64,000 nucleotides of DNA from Roseitalea sp. (GCA_041752455.1 JBGSWL010000140.1:45423-109422); one strand, 5' to 3'. Numbered from the stretch's first letter, positions 27,926 to 38,021 are shown. Translations and numbers: made by a program. Notes: generated by a model not told the origin, from the sequence alone.

Positions 27926-28645
27926 ATGAATTTTCTGGCACGCCGCCCGCAGCCCGCGCCGGTCATCCGGTTCCTGTGCCGGCCGGAGGACGAAGGCGTC
28001 ATTGCGCCACCTGTTCCCGCCAAGGCCTATCTGCCGGACTGGTTCCGCAAACTGCCAGCGGTCGATCCGGACGCCGCCGGGCTCGACAATACGGGGCTGA
28101 CCGTCAAGCGCTGCATGCCATTTCTCGATGCGATGACGACCGGATGGATCATTCCACTGGCAGCGACCGTTCGCATGCAGGTGTCGGAGAACGGCACCCG
28201 CGTGGACAGTGCCTGGGATTTTGACCGCACGCTGGTCTCCGGCCATGGTGTGCATCAGGTCAAGGGGCACCCGATGAGCGACCGTCCGCCCTGCAAGTTC
28301 CACAACTATTGGACGATCGTGACGCCGCCCGGCTGGAGTTGCCTGTTCGTCAATCCGCTGAACCGCCCCAACGGCCTGTTCGAGGTGGTGGCAGGCGTTG
28401 TTGATACGGACACCTATGCCTCCGAGATCCACTTCCCGTTTTTCGCAACCGCCGAAGACGGGCTTCACGTCATCGAAAAGGGATCACCGATCGTTCAGGT
28501 CATTCCGTTCCGGCGTGATACGGCGATGCTTGATGCCGAGATCCGCGCCGAAACCACCGACGAAAAACGTCATCGCGAGACCATTCTGCGCAACACCAAG
28601 GCAAGCGAGGGCTGGTACCGCGAGCATGCGCGCGCCAAGCGCTGA
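27926..28645 (+). CDS. Conserved-looking hypothetical protein, cytoplasmic, function unknown
   Basis: 239 aa with no signal peptide or TM helix. It starts 24 nt after the anti-sigma stop, so it is probably co-transcribed. I cannot name a domain with confidence. Confidence 0.6.
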   Translation: MNFLARRPQPAPVIRFLCRPEDEGVIAPPVPAKAYLPDWFRKLPAVDPDAAGLDNTGLTVKRCMPFLDAMTTGWIIPLAATVRMQVSENGTRVDSAWDFDRTLVSGHGVHQVKGHPMSDRPPCKFHNYWTIVTPPGWSCLFVNPLNRPNGLFEVVAGVVDTDTYASEIHFPFFATAEDGLHVIEKGSPIVQVIPFRRDTAMLDAEIRAETTDEKRHRETILRNTKASEGWYREHARAKR

Positions 28646-28674
28646 GAAGGGGCTTTCGCTGTCAAACACGTCCA

Positions 28675-28707
28675 CGAAAAAGGGCCGGTTTCCCGGCCCT
28701 TCTTTTT
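28675..28707. terminator. Bidirectional rho-independent terminator
   Basis: GAAAAA-AGGGCCGG-tttc-CCGGCCCT-TCTTTTT. There is a T-run after the stem on both strands, between convergent genes. Confidence 0.8.
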
Positions 28708-28721
28708 GCGGTCTGCCCGTC

Positions 28722-29174
28722 TCAGTTGCTCGAATTGCTGCTCGAGTTGGACGACGAGTTGCTGCTCGAGTTGGACGATGAGTTCGATGAAGAATTGCTG
28801 CTCGAGTTGGACGATGAGTTGCTGTTCGAATTCGACGACGAGTTGGAGTTTGAATTCGACGACGAGTTGCTGTTCGAATTGCTGTTGGAATTGGACGAGG
28901 AGTTCGAGTTGGCGTTGCTGTTGGAATTGGACGACGAGTTGGAGCTGGAGTTCGACGACGAATTGCTGTTGGAATTCGAGCTTCCGCCGACACCCTTGGT
29001 GCGCTTCAGCTTTTTGGTGCGGAACTGGACCTGCGCGACGTCCTGATATTCCGAAGCGACCGGGCCGGTCTGGGTCGGGGCATGTGGTGCCTTCAGGCTG
29101 GCCGAGGCTGGCACGATGGCGGTTGCCGCTGCCAACAGGCCGGCGGTCAGGGTGGTGAGATGCTTTTTCAACAT
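28722..29174 (-). CDS. Secreted Ser/Asn-repeat protein (150 aa; the C-terminal 86 aa are S/N only, with one A)
   Basis: AGGAAA SD; signal peptide MLKKHLTTLTAGLLAAATAIVPASA; basic patch RTKKLKRTKG; then (SSN/SN)n up to the stop codon. Confidence 0.7.
   Translation of the reverse strand: MLKKHLTTLTAGLLAAATAIVPASASLKAPHAPTQTGPVASEYQDVAQVQFRTKKLKRTKGVGGSSNSNSNSSSNSSSNSSSNSNSNANSNSSSNSNSNSNSNSSSNSNSNSSSNSNSNSSSNSSSNSSSNSSSNSSSNSSSNSSSNSSN
28725..28982 (-). repeat. Degenerate 6/9-bp tandem repeat (higher-order period about 60 bp) encoding the Ser/Asn tract
   Basis: Units such as ttgctgctcgagttggacga recur. Serine is written with several different codons (AGC, TCG, TCC) and Asn with AAC/AAT. Confidence 0.9.
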
Positions 29175-29221
29175 GGCGATTTCCTTTGCTGCGACCCGCA
29201 ACAAGCGCGGGACAAAAGATC

Positions 29222-29247
29222 AACGCAGCGGGCTCCTCGACTATTCC
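29222..29247 (-). promoter_or_regulatory. ECF-type promoter candidate for the Ser/Asn-repeat gene
   Basis: The minus strand reads GGAATA-N16-CGTT, about 48 nt upstream of the ATG. The hexamer, spacing and -10 are the same as upstream of the ECF sigma gene. Confidence 0.5.
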
Positions 29248-29467
29248 CTGCTGTTTTTGCAGGCAGACGCGTGCCTGTTTCTTTCCCATGCAAGCGTCTC
29301 TGATTGAACAAAGCCGGCAAAACGACGCCAAAGCAGTTGGCATGCGTGATGCATGTTCATAAGTGCCTCCCAGGGCTTTGGAACGGTGGTGTGGGTCCCG
29401 TGTCCAACGCAACGCCGGTTGTGCTGCCAGCTTTCCTCCAGCGGGCGCATTGCCGGCGTTGTCCGTT

Positions 29468-30526
29468 CTAGGACAACTGAGGTGTGACAGCGGCAAGCAG
29501 TTCGGACGTCTTGCGAAGCGCGGCGCCTGTCGCGACTGTCATTTGCGGCAGCAACATCCACTCAAGCGTCCATGCGGCACCCGACCGCTCCTGCTCGTGG
29601 ACCATCGACTGTTGCATGCCGGCGGAAAGGGTGGCGTTGAAACGGGCGAGGGTGACGAGCGTTTCGGCAGCCACGGGATTGTTCTTGTGGGCCATGGCCG
29701 AAGACGTCCCGCCGCCTTCGAGCACAAGATCGTCGATGCCGTTCTGCGCCATCAGCGCCACATCCATGCCGATCTTGCCGAGCGAACCGGTCAGCCGTGC
29801 CATCCAGTCTGTGAGCGCCACAAGGCCGGAACGGTCGGCGTGCCAGCAGCGGCCCGGGTCGGCAAGACCAAGCCTTGCAGCGAGTGCGGCGCGGACGGCG
29901 GGACCATTTTCGCCAAGCATGTCGAGGGTTCCGGCTGCCCCGCCCAATTGCACGGCAAGCACGCGTTGCTTCAGGACGTGCAGATCATGCGCGTGGTTTG
30001 CAGGCGGTGCGCGCCACGCCGACAGCCTGTCACCCCATGTGATCGGGATCGCCGTCTGCATGCGCGTGCGGGCCATCAATGGTGTTTTGCCATGCGATTC
30101 AATCATTTGTGCGAGAGCGCTGTCGATCAGATTCAATCGGCTCAGAAACAGATTCAGCACCGGAACAAGGCGCAGCGCGAGGCTGGTGTCGATCGCGTCT
30201 TGGCTGGTCGCGCCAAAATGCACCGACCCGTCATGCGGCGCGCCGACAGCGATGCGCAATTGCCTGACGAGTTCCGGCACGGCAACGCCATCGCGTGCAG
30301 TTGCCATGCCGATAGCCCGGATATCCGGCTCGAAGGCAGTGATCGCCGCATTGATGGCATTGGCAGCTTCGCCCGAAATGATGCCGCAGGACGCCTGCGC
30401 CTCGGCGAGGGCAGCTTCGAAGCCAAGCATGGCGTCAAGGTCTGCCTTGATCGAAAAGGCAGAAGTGGTCTCGCCATCACCCAGAAGGACGGAGAGGAGC
30501 GGGGCGTTGAAGGGCGTGTAGGACAT
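29468..30526 (-). CDS. pcaB: 3-carboxy-cis,cis-muconate cycloisomerase
   Basis: Fumarate-lyase superfamily (SSAMAHKNNP signature), typical PcaB N-terminus, pca operon context. Confidence 0.9.
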   Translation of the reverse strand: MSYTPFNAPLLSVLLGDGETTSAFSIKADLDAMLGFEAALAEAQASCGIISGEAANAINAAITAFEPDIRAIGMATARDGVAVPELVRQLRIAVGAPHDGSVHFGATSQDAIDTSLALRLVPVLNLFLSRLNLIDSALAQMIESHGKTPLMARTRMQTAIPITWGDRLSAWRAPPANHAHDLHVLKQRVLAVQLGGAAGTLDMLGENGPAVRAALAARLGLADPGRCWHADRSGLVALTDWMARLTGSLGKIGMDVALMAQNGIDDLVLEGGGTSSAMAHKNNPVAAETLVTLARFNATLSAGMQQSMVHEQERSGAAWTLEWMLLPQMTVATGAALRKTSELLAAVTPQLS

Positions 30527-30532
30527 GCCGCC

Positions 30533-31735
30533 TTATACACGCTCCAGCGCGATCGCGATGCCCTGTCCGACGCCGACACACATCGTGGCGAGCGCAAGGC
30601 GTCCGCCGGTCTCGGTCAGTTGCAGCGCGGCGGTTCCGGTGATCCGTGCACCCGACATGCCGAGCGGATGGCCGAGCGCGATGGCGCCGCCATTGGCGTT
30701 CACATGGGCTGCGTCTTCGGCGATGCCGAGTTCGCGCAACACGGCGATGCCCTGGCTGGCAAAGGCCTCGTTCAGTTCGATGACATCGAAATCGCTCGGC
30801 GCAATGCCAAGGCGCGCGCAGAGCTTTTTCGTCGCGGGTGCCGGGCCGATGCCCATGATGCGTGGTGGCACGCCTGCGGATGCACCACCGAGGACGCGGG
30901 CAATCGGTGTCAGACCGTGGCGGCGGGCAGCCTCCTCCGACGCGATGATCAGCGCAGCGGCGCCATCGTTGACGCCCGATGCATTGCCGGCTGTGACCGA
31001 ACCATCCTTGCGGAACGGGGTTGCCAGTTTGGCAAGCGTTTCGATGGTCGTCGCGCGGGGGTGTTCATCCTTGTCGATGACGATTGGATCGCCCTTGCGC
31101 TGAGGGATCGTTACCGGCGTGATCTCGCGGGCAAGGCGGCCGTTCTCTTGCGCCGCTGATGCGCGGGCCTGCGAGCGGACGGCAAAGGCATCCTGGTCGG
31201 CGCGGCTGACCGAAAAATCTTCGGCGACGTTCTCGCCGGTCTCCGGCATGGAATCGACGCCGTACTGCGCCTTCATCAGCGGGTTGACGAAGCGCCAGCC
31301 GATGGTGGTGTCGTAGATCTCTGCTTGGCGGGAAAAGGCCGTCTCGGCTTTGGGCATCACGAACGGTGCGCGGCTCATGCTTTCGACGCCACCAGCGATG
31401 ATCATGTCGGCTTCGCCGGCCTTTATCGCACGCGCGGCGGCGATCACCGCGTCCATGCCCGAACCGCAGAGGCGGTTCATCGTGGTGCCCGGGATCGAGA
31501 CGGGCAGACCGGCCAGCAGCGTCACCATGCGCGCCACATTGCGGTTGTCTTCGCCAGCCTGGTTGGCGCAACCGTAAATCACTTCGTCGACTGCTTCCCA
31601 GTCGAGGCCATTGTGGCGCGCCATCAGGGCTTTGAGCGGCACGGCGCCAAGGTCGTCGGCGCGAACCGAAGACAGGGCGCCGCCGAAGCGGCCGATCGGC
31701 GTGCGCACGTAAGAGCAGATATAGGCTTCGGCCAT
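30533..31735 (-). CDS. pcaF: 3-oxoadipyl-CoA thiolase
   Basis: Thiolase motifs (NRLCGSG, GGAIALGHPLG, CVGVGQG). Start at the internal ATG (MAEAYICSYVRTPIGRF). Confidence 0.9.
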   Translation of the reverse strand: MAEAYICSYVRTPIGRFGGALSSVRADDLGAVPLKALMARHNGLDWEAVDEVIYGCANQAGEDNRNVARMVTLLAGLPVSIPGTTMNRLCGSGMDAVIAAARAIKAGEADMIIAGGVESMSRAPFVMPKAETAFSRQAEIYDTTIGWRFVNPLMKAQYGVDSMPETGENVAEDFSVSRADQDAFAVRSQARASAAQENGRLAREITPVTIPQRKGDPIVIDKDEHPRATTIETLAKLATPFRKDGSVTAGNASGVNDGAAALIIASEEAARRHGLTPIARVLGGASAGVPPRIMGIGPAPATKKLCARLGIAPSDFDVIELNEAFASQGIAVLRELGIAEDAAHVNANGGAIALGHPLGMSGARITGTAALQLTETGGRLALATMCVGVGQGIAIALERV

Positions 31736-31739
31736 GATG

Positions 31740-32549
31740 CTATGCTTTCGCTTGTTGGGTGCTGCGACCCGCCCCTTCATGGGCGGCCTTGGTGCGCGCC
31801 ATCAGGTCACGCAGGGTTGCAAGTTCGAGCTCCGTCGGTGCCGGCGTCTCGTCGACCTGATCGGCAAAGCGCACGAGCCAGCCGCAGGTCGCCTGCACGT
31901 CCTCACGGGTGACGCCGGGGTGCAGCGACACGACGGTGAACTCCTTCGTCTCCGGATCAGGTTTCCAGATCGCCAGATCGGTGATCAAAAGGGTCGGCCC
32001 TTTGGTCGGGATGCCGAGACGGGCGCGATGATCGCCGCCATCGCCATGGCCGAACGAGGTGTAGAAATCGATCTTGTCCACCATGCCGCGCTTGGTCTGT
32101 TTTATGGTGATATAGATTTCACCCGATGACGTTGCGATTTCCGGCGCACCGCCACCGCCGGGCAGGCGGGTCTTCGGATTGTGGTAGTCACCGATGACGG
32201 TGGTGTTGATGTTGCCGAAGCGGTCGAGCTGGGCGGCGCCGAGAAAACCGATGGTGATGCGCCCGCCCATCAGCCAATAACGGAACATCTCCGGCACCGA
32301 GACCGTGGTCAGCGCTGTGTCGCACAATTCGCCATCGCCGATCGACAGCGGCAGGACGTCGGGCGCCGTGCCGATGGTGCCGCTCTCATAAATCAGCGTG
32401 ATGTCCGGAGCATGGGTCAGGCGCGCCACATTGCAGGCGGCCGATGGCGCGCCGATGCCGACAAAGCAGACATCGGTATTGGTGAGGACGCGCGAGGCGG
32501 CAATCGTCATCATCTCGTCGGGCGTGAAAGACAGGTTTGCCATGGTCAT
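31740..32549 (-). CDS. pcaJ: 3-oxoadipate CoA-transferase subunit B
   Basis: The conserved glutamate region (IYESG) of CoA-transferase beta subunits. GAGGAG SD; the start overlaps the pcaI stop. Confidence 0.9.
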   Translation of the reverse strand: MTMANLSFTPDEMMTIAASRVLTNTDVCFVGIGAPSAACNVARLTHAPDITLIYESGTIGTAPDVLPLSIGDGELCDTALTTVSVPEMFRYWLMGGRITIGFLGAAQLDRFGNINTTVIGDYHNPKTRLPGGGGAPEIATSSGEIYITIKQTKRGMVDKIDFYTSFGHGDGGDHRARLGIPTKGPTLLITDLAIWKPDPETKEFTVVSLHPGVTREDVQATCGWLVRFADQVDETPAPTELELATLRDLMARTKAAHEGAGRSTQQAKA

Positions 32550-33397
32550 ACGCTCCTCAAGTCGGCGATCCGGGTCTCGAAGACCTCCGGTCCGCAGTCC
32601 ATGACATTGGCCTGCATCCAGGCGGCAAAGCGGTCGCGGTCGGCGGCGATCTCGTCCCATTCGAGATAGGACGCGTTGTCGCGGCCATAGTATCCATGGG
32701 TGTAGGACGGGTGGGCGCCGCCCGGCACGACGCTGATGGCGGTCACGGTCCAGTGCGGCAGGACGCAGGCGTTGGGGTGGCTCTCAAGAAAGTCCACGAC
32801 CTCTTCGACAGTGACCACGGCGCGCTTGGCGGCGAGAACCGCTTCCTTCTGGATGCCGATGATGCCCTCGATCAGCACATTGCCCTTTCGGTCGGCTTTT
32901 TGCGCATGGATGAAGGACACGTCAGGCCGGATCGACGGCACTGCGGCAAGTTCCTCGCCGGTGAACGGGCAGATGACCGAGCGGATGTTCGGATTGACCT
33001 CTTTCAGGCCGGCGCCCTTGTAGCCGCGAAAGATCGCGCAGGGCAGGCCCGATGCACCGGCTTCATAGGCCTGTGCCATCGCCGAATGGGAATGCTCCTC
33101 GATTTCGGGCCGGTTCGGCCAGCCGTTCTCCACCGCATCGCGCAAGCGCCGCAGCAGGCCGACGCCGGGATTGCCCGCATAGGAGAAGACGAGTTTCTTC
33201 GCCATGCCCATGCCGATCATCTGGTCATAGACGATGTCCGGCGTCATGCGGATCAGCGTCAGGTCGGTAAAGCCCTGGCGGATCGCCTCATGGGCGGCCG
33301 CATGCGGGATCAGGTGGGTGAAACCCTCGAAGGCGACAGTGTCACCGCTGTGAAGGCTTTGCGCGACCGCCTGTGACAGCGGCAGAAATTCGGCCAT
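32546..33397 (-). CDS. pcaI: 3-oxoadipate CoA-transferase subunit A
   Basis: CoA-transferase family I alpha subunit, adjacent to pcaJ. Confidence 0.9.
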   Translation of the reverse strand: MAEFLPLSQAVAQSLHSGDTVAFEGFTHLIPHAAAHEAIRQGFTDLTLIRMTPDIVYDQMIGMGMAKKLVFSYAGNPGVGLLRRLRDAVENGWPNRPEIEEHSHSAMAQAYEAGASGLPCAIFRGYKGAGLKEVNPNIRSVICPFTGEELAAVPSIRPDVSFIHAQKADRKGNVLIEGIIGIQKEAVLAAKRAVVTVEEVVDFLESHPNACVLPHWTVTAISVVPGGAHPSYTHGYYGRDNASYLEWDEIAADRDRFAAWMQANVMDCGPEVFETRIADLRSV

Positions 33398-33407
33398 GGC
33401 GAATGCC

Positions 33408-34022
33408 TCAAATGTCGAAGAAGACGGTTTCGTTGTCGCCCTGAAGGCGGATGTCGAAGCGGACTGTGTCGCCGTCGCGCTTGCCGATCAGTGTCGGCAC
33501 GCGCACCTTGTGCTCGATGCGTGCCAGCACGGGATCTTCGGCGTTTGCTGCGTCCTCGTCCGAGAAATACATCCGGGTATGCAGGCCGAGATTGAAGCCG
33601 CGCGCGACGATCCAGACCATGACATGCGGCGCTTGGAGGCGGCCATCGATCCAAGGCACGCGGCCCGGTTTGATCGTCTCGAAGCGGAACGTGCCGGTGT
33701 CGAAATCGACCGCCCTGCGGCCCCAGCCGGTGAACTCCGGATCGGCAACGCCTCGCGTTTCGGAACGGCTGTTGAACAGTCCGGCAGCGTCCGCCTGCCA
33801 GATCTCAAGCATGGCATCGCGCAGGACCGTGCCCGATCCGTCGATCACCTGTCCTTCGATGGCGATGCGTTCGCCTTGCGTGCGCTCGTTGACCATCGAC
33901 GCGCCAAGATCGGCGTCCCAGACACCGGTATTGCCGATGACGTTCGGCGTGCAGCCGATATGCACATAGGGGCCGGCGGTCTGTGACGCGGTTTCCTTGA
34001 AGGTGTCTGCAAACCGGCTCAT
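33408..34022 (-). CDS. pcaG: Protocatechuate 3,4-dioxygenase alpha subunit
   Basis: TASQTAGPYVHIG motif, about 204 aa, directly downstream of pcaH. Confidence 0.9.
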   Translation of the reverse strand: MSRFADTFKETASQTAGPYVHIGCTPNVIGNTGVWDADLGASMVNERTQGERIAIEGQVIDGSGTVLRDAMLEIWQADAAGLFNSRSETRGVADPEFTGWGRRAVDFDTGTFRFETIKPGRVPWIDGRLQAPHVMVWIVARGFNLGLHTRMYFSDEDAANAEDPVLARIEHKVRVPTLIGKRDGDTVRFDIRLQGDNETVFFDI

Positions 34023-34023
34023 G

Positions 34024-34767
34024 TCAGTTGCCCTCCGGCCGGTTTTCAAAGCGCGTCGAGCGGCGACCGCGCAGCGTGATGTCGAAGCGGTATGCGCGGG
34101 CATCCATCGGGATGGTGTTGGCCATGTCGAGACGGGCGGTCAACTGGTCGATCGCCGCCGGGTCGTTGATCGTGTTGACGATCGGACAGAGCGTAATGTG
34201 CGGGTCGCCCTCGAAATAGAACTGGCTGATCAGGCGCTGGGCAAAGCCGGAGCCGAACACCGAAAAATGGATGTGCGAGGGGCGCCAGTCATTGGCATTG
34301 TTCGGCCAGGGATAAGGGCCCGGCTTGATCGTGCGGAAGGCATAGGTGCCGTCATGGCCGGTGATCGTGCGCCCGAACCCGCCGAAATTCGGATCGAGCG
34401 GCGCCAGATACCCGTCCTTCTTGTGCCGATAGCGCCCGCCTGCATTGGCCTGCCAGACTTCAAGCAGGACATCGGGCACCGGGCGCCCGCGTTCGTCGCG
34501 GATGACGCCGTGGACAATGATGCGCTCGCCGATGGCGCTTTCGCCAGCCTTGGCAAAGTTGGTGACGAGGTCATCGTCGCGCGCGCCGAGAATGTTGTGG
34601 CCGAAAGCCGGGCCGTTGATTTCGCCAGGACCATTCGGCAGCGAGATCATCGCCTTTTGCGGCGAGCGCAGCACGGATGTCTTGTAGCCGGGCGTGAAAG
34701 CCTTGGGATGCCAATCGAGATCGCGCGGATAAAAGCCACCGGTTTCCGGCTTTTCATTTCGGATCAT
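34024..34767 (-). CDS. pcaH: Protocatechuate 3,4-dioxygenase beta subunit
   Basis: Intradiol dioxygenase motifs ([19 protein letters not shown]). Confidence 0.9.
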   Translation of the reverse strand: MIRNEKPETGGFYPRDLDWHPKAFTPGYKTSVLRSPQKAMISLPNGPGEINGPAFGHNILGARDDDLVTNFAKAGESAIGERIIVHGVIRDERGRPVPDVLLEVWQANAGGRYRHKKDGYLAPLDPNFGGFGRTITGHDGTYAFRTIKPGPYPWPNNANDWRPSHIHFSVFGSGFAQRLISQFYFEGDPHITLCPIVNTINDPAAIDQLTARLDMANTIPMDARAYRFDITLRGRRSTRFENRPEGN

Positions 34768-35171
34768 GGCTGGCTTGCTCCCCCGTTAGCGGCAAAGACC
34801 TGCTTGGCGATCTTGAAGGCCCGGTTGGCCGCCGGCACGCCTGCATAGAGCGCAACATGCATGAAGACGGCGCGGATGTCCTCGGTGGTCGCACCCGTAT
34901 TGGCGGCGGCGCGTACATGCATGGCGATTTCCTCGTCATGGCCGAGCGTTGCGAGAATCGCCAGCGTCACGATCGACCGCTCGCGGCGGGTCAGGTCGTC
35001 GCCGCTCCACACATCATGCCAGGCAGCGCCGGTGATGTATTCCTGAAACGGCGCATCGAACGGGGTCTTGTCGGCCTCGGCGCGGGCGACATGGGCATCG
35101 CCCAGCACGGCGCGGCGGGTTTCCATGCCCTTGCGATGGCGCGCGTTGGCAGCGTCAGCGGCGTCTGTCAT
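34764..35171 (-). CDS. pcaC: 4-carboxymuconolactone decarboxylase
   Basis: CMD family (AhpD-like) protein, about 135 aa, first gene of the pca operon. Confidence 0.85.
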   Translation of the reverse strand: MTDAADAANARHRKGMETRRAVLGDAHVARAEADKTPFDAPFQEYITGAAWHDVWSGDDLTRRERSIVTLAILATLGHDEEIAMHVRAAANTGATTEDIRAVFMHVALYAGVPAANRAFKIAKQVFAANGGASQP

Positions 35172-35228
35172 GCAATCCTCCCCGATCGGCTCAACGGCAA
35201 CCAGTCGCATGATTGCATTCTTGTTCCG

Positions 35229-35251
35229 GCATGAATAATCAAATTCAATGC
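35229..35251. promoter_or_regulatory. Inverted repeat in the pcaQ-pcaC divergent region; candidate LysR (PcaQ) site
   Basis: GCATGAAT-N6-ATTCAATGC (one indel), 22-44 nt upstream of the pcaQ ATG. Confidence 0.3.
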
Positions 35252-35272
35252 GGTTTTCATAACGAGGTTGCA

Positions 35273-36196
35273 ATGGGACGCCTGACTTCCATCCGTCTGC
35301 GGCATCTGGAAATCTTCACGGAAGTGGCGCGGCTCGGATCGGTCAGCCGGGCGGCCGACAGTCTGGGAATGACGCAGCCGGGCGTGACGCGCACGATCCG
35401 CGAACTGGAAGCGATCTGTGGCCGCGCGCTCGTAGCCAAGGATGGACGCGGCATTCGCATCACACCCCATGGCGAGGTGTTCCTGCGCCATGCGGGCGGC
35501 AGCATCGCGGCGGTGCGAAACGGGTTGACGGCGCTCGAGCAGCTTGATCTCGATGATGGGCCGCCGCTCCGGATCGGCGCGCTGCCGACGGTTTCTGCAA
35601 CACTCATGCCCGAAGCGGTGGCGCGGTTTCTGGAAAGCGGCGCGCGGACGCCGCTTGTCATCATCACCGGTGACAACCGTGTCCTGCTCGACCAGTTGCG
35701 GCGTGGCGATCTCGACCTCGTCATGGGTCGCTTGTCGGCGCCCGAACTGATGCACGGCCTGGAATTCGAGCCGCTCTATACCGACCGCATCGTGTTTTGT
35801 GTCGCCGCCGACCATCCGCTTGCCGGGGCCCGGCAGATCACCGCGGATGACTTGCAGGCGTGGCCAGTGATGGTGCCGACGCGCAACGCGATCATCCGGC
35901 CGGTGGTGGAGCGGTTCTTCATCGAACAGGGGTTCATCGTGCCGCCGCGCGCCATCGAGACGGTATCGGACTCGTTCGGCCATGCCTTCGTGCGCAAGCA
36001 CCGGGCGATCTGGATCATTTCGCGCGGGGTCGTTGCCGCCGAACTGGAAACCGGCGAGTTCGCCGCGCTTCCGATCGATACCCGCACGACGCTTGGCCCG
36101 GTCGGCATCAACCTGCGTGTCGATGGTGACCGGCATCCGGCGGTCGACATGTTCGTGCCGATGCTGCGTGCGGCGATCGTGCCGCCTGTCGCATAA
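35273..36196 (+). CDS. pcaQ: LysR family regulator of pca genes
   Basis: LysR HTH (LRHLEIFTEVARLGSVSRAADSLGMTQPGVTRTIRELE), divergent from pcaC as in Agrobacterium/Sinorhizobium. Confidence 0.85.
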   Translation: MGRLTSIRLRHLEIFTEVARLGSVSRAADSLGMTQPGVTRTIRELEAICGRALVAKDGRGIRITPHGEVFLRHAGGSIAAVRNGLTALEQLDLDDGPPLRIGALPTVSATLMPEAVARFLESGARTPLVIITGDNRVLLDQLRRGDLDLVMGRLSAPELMHGLEFEPLYTDRIVFCVAADHPLAGARQITADDLQAWPVMVPTRNAIIRPVVERFFIEQGFIVPPRAIETVSDSFGHAFVRKHRAIWIISRGVVAAELETGEFAALPIDTRTTLGPVGINLRVDGDRHPAVDMFVPMLRAAIVPPVA

Positions 36197-36261
36197 CCGT
36201 TGCGCCATGCAATCAGCCTGAAAAATGATTATTCATTCCAGATCGGGGATGCCAGATTTGA

Positions 36262-37973
<1,712 letters not shown>

Positions 37974-37992
37974 GGAACGCGGCTTCCGCTCG

Positions 37993-38021
37993 TTGACATG
38001 TATGCTTATAGTATGCATACC
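37993..38021. promoter_or_regulatory. Candidate gentisate-operon promoter overlapped by a MarR-type operator
   Basis: TTGACA (37993-37998)-N17-CATACC. Inverted repeat GTATGC-N9-GCATAC at 38000-38020. Confidence 0.4.

Noticed and set aside
28725-28982. Possible CRISPR array or satellite, considered for the Ser/Asn repeat and the GGTGAAT heptads.
   Set aside because: There is no repeat-spacer architecture (units are 6-9 bp and contiguous) and no cas genes. The first lies inside a supported CDS and the second forms two isolated palindromes.
28706-29158. Plus-strand ORFs through the repeat (28706..29158 and 28726..29046) giving LLELDDE-type acidic/leucine repeats.
   Set aside because: They have no SD or start context and no signal peptide. 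They run from the repeat into the antisense of the signal-peptide region of the minus-strand gene. The minus frame has an SD, a signal peptide, a promoter motif and a terminator, and it has a much more restricted two-residue composition despite synonymous variation.
29363-31159. A 598-aa plus-strand ORF (and 29484..30521) across pcaB/pcaF.
   Set aside because: It is opposite genes with clear fumarate-lyase and thiolase signatures, has no SD or domain features, and has the composition typical of antisense frames.
35172-35272. A search for the published PcaQ site ATAACC-N4-GGTTAA in the pcaQ-pcaC intergenic region.
   Set aside because: Only partial matches are present (for example CATAACGAGGTTGCA). 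I therefore list a different inverted repeat, as a low-confidence candidate only.
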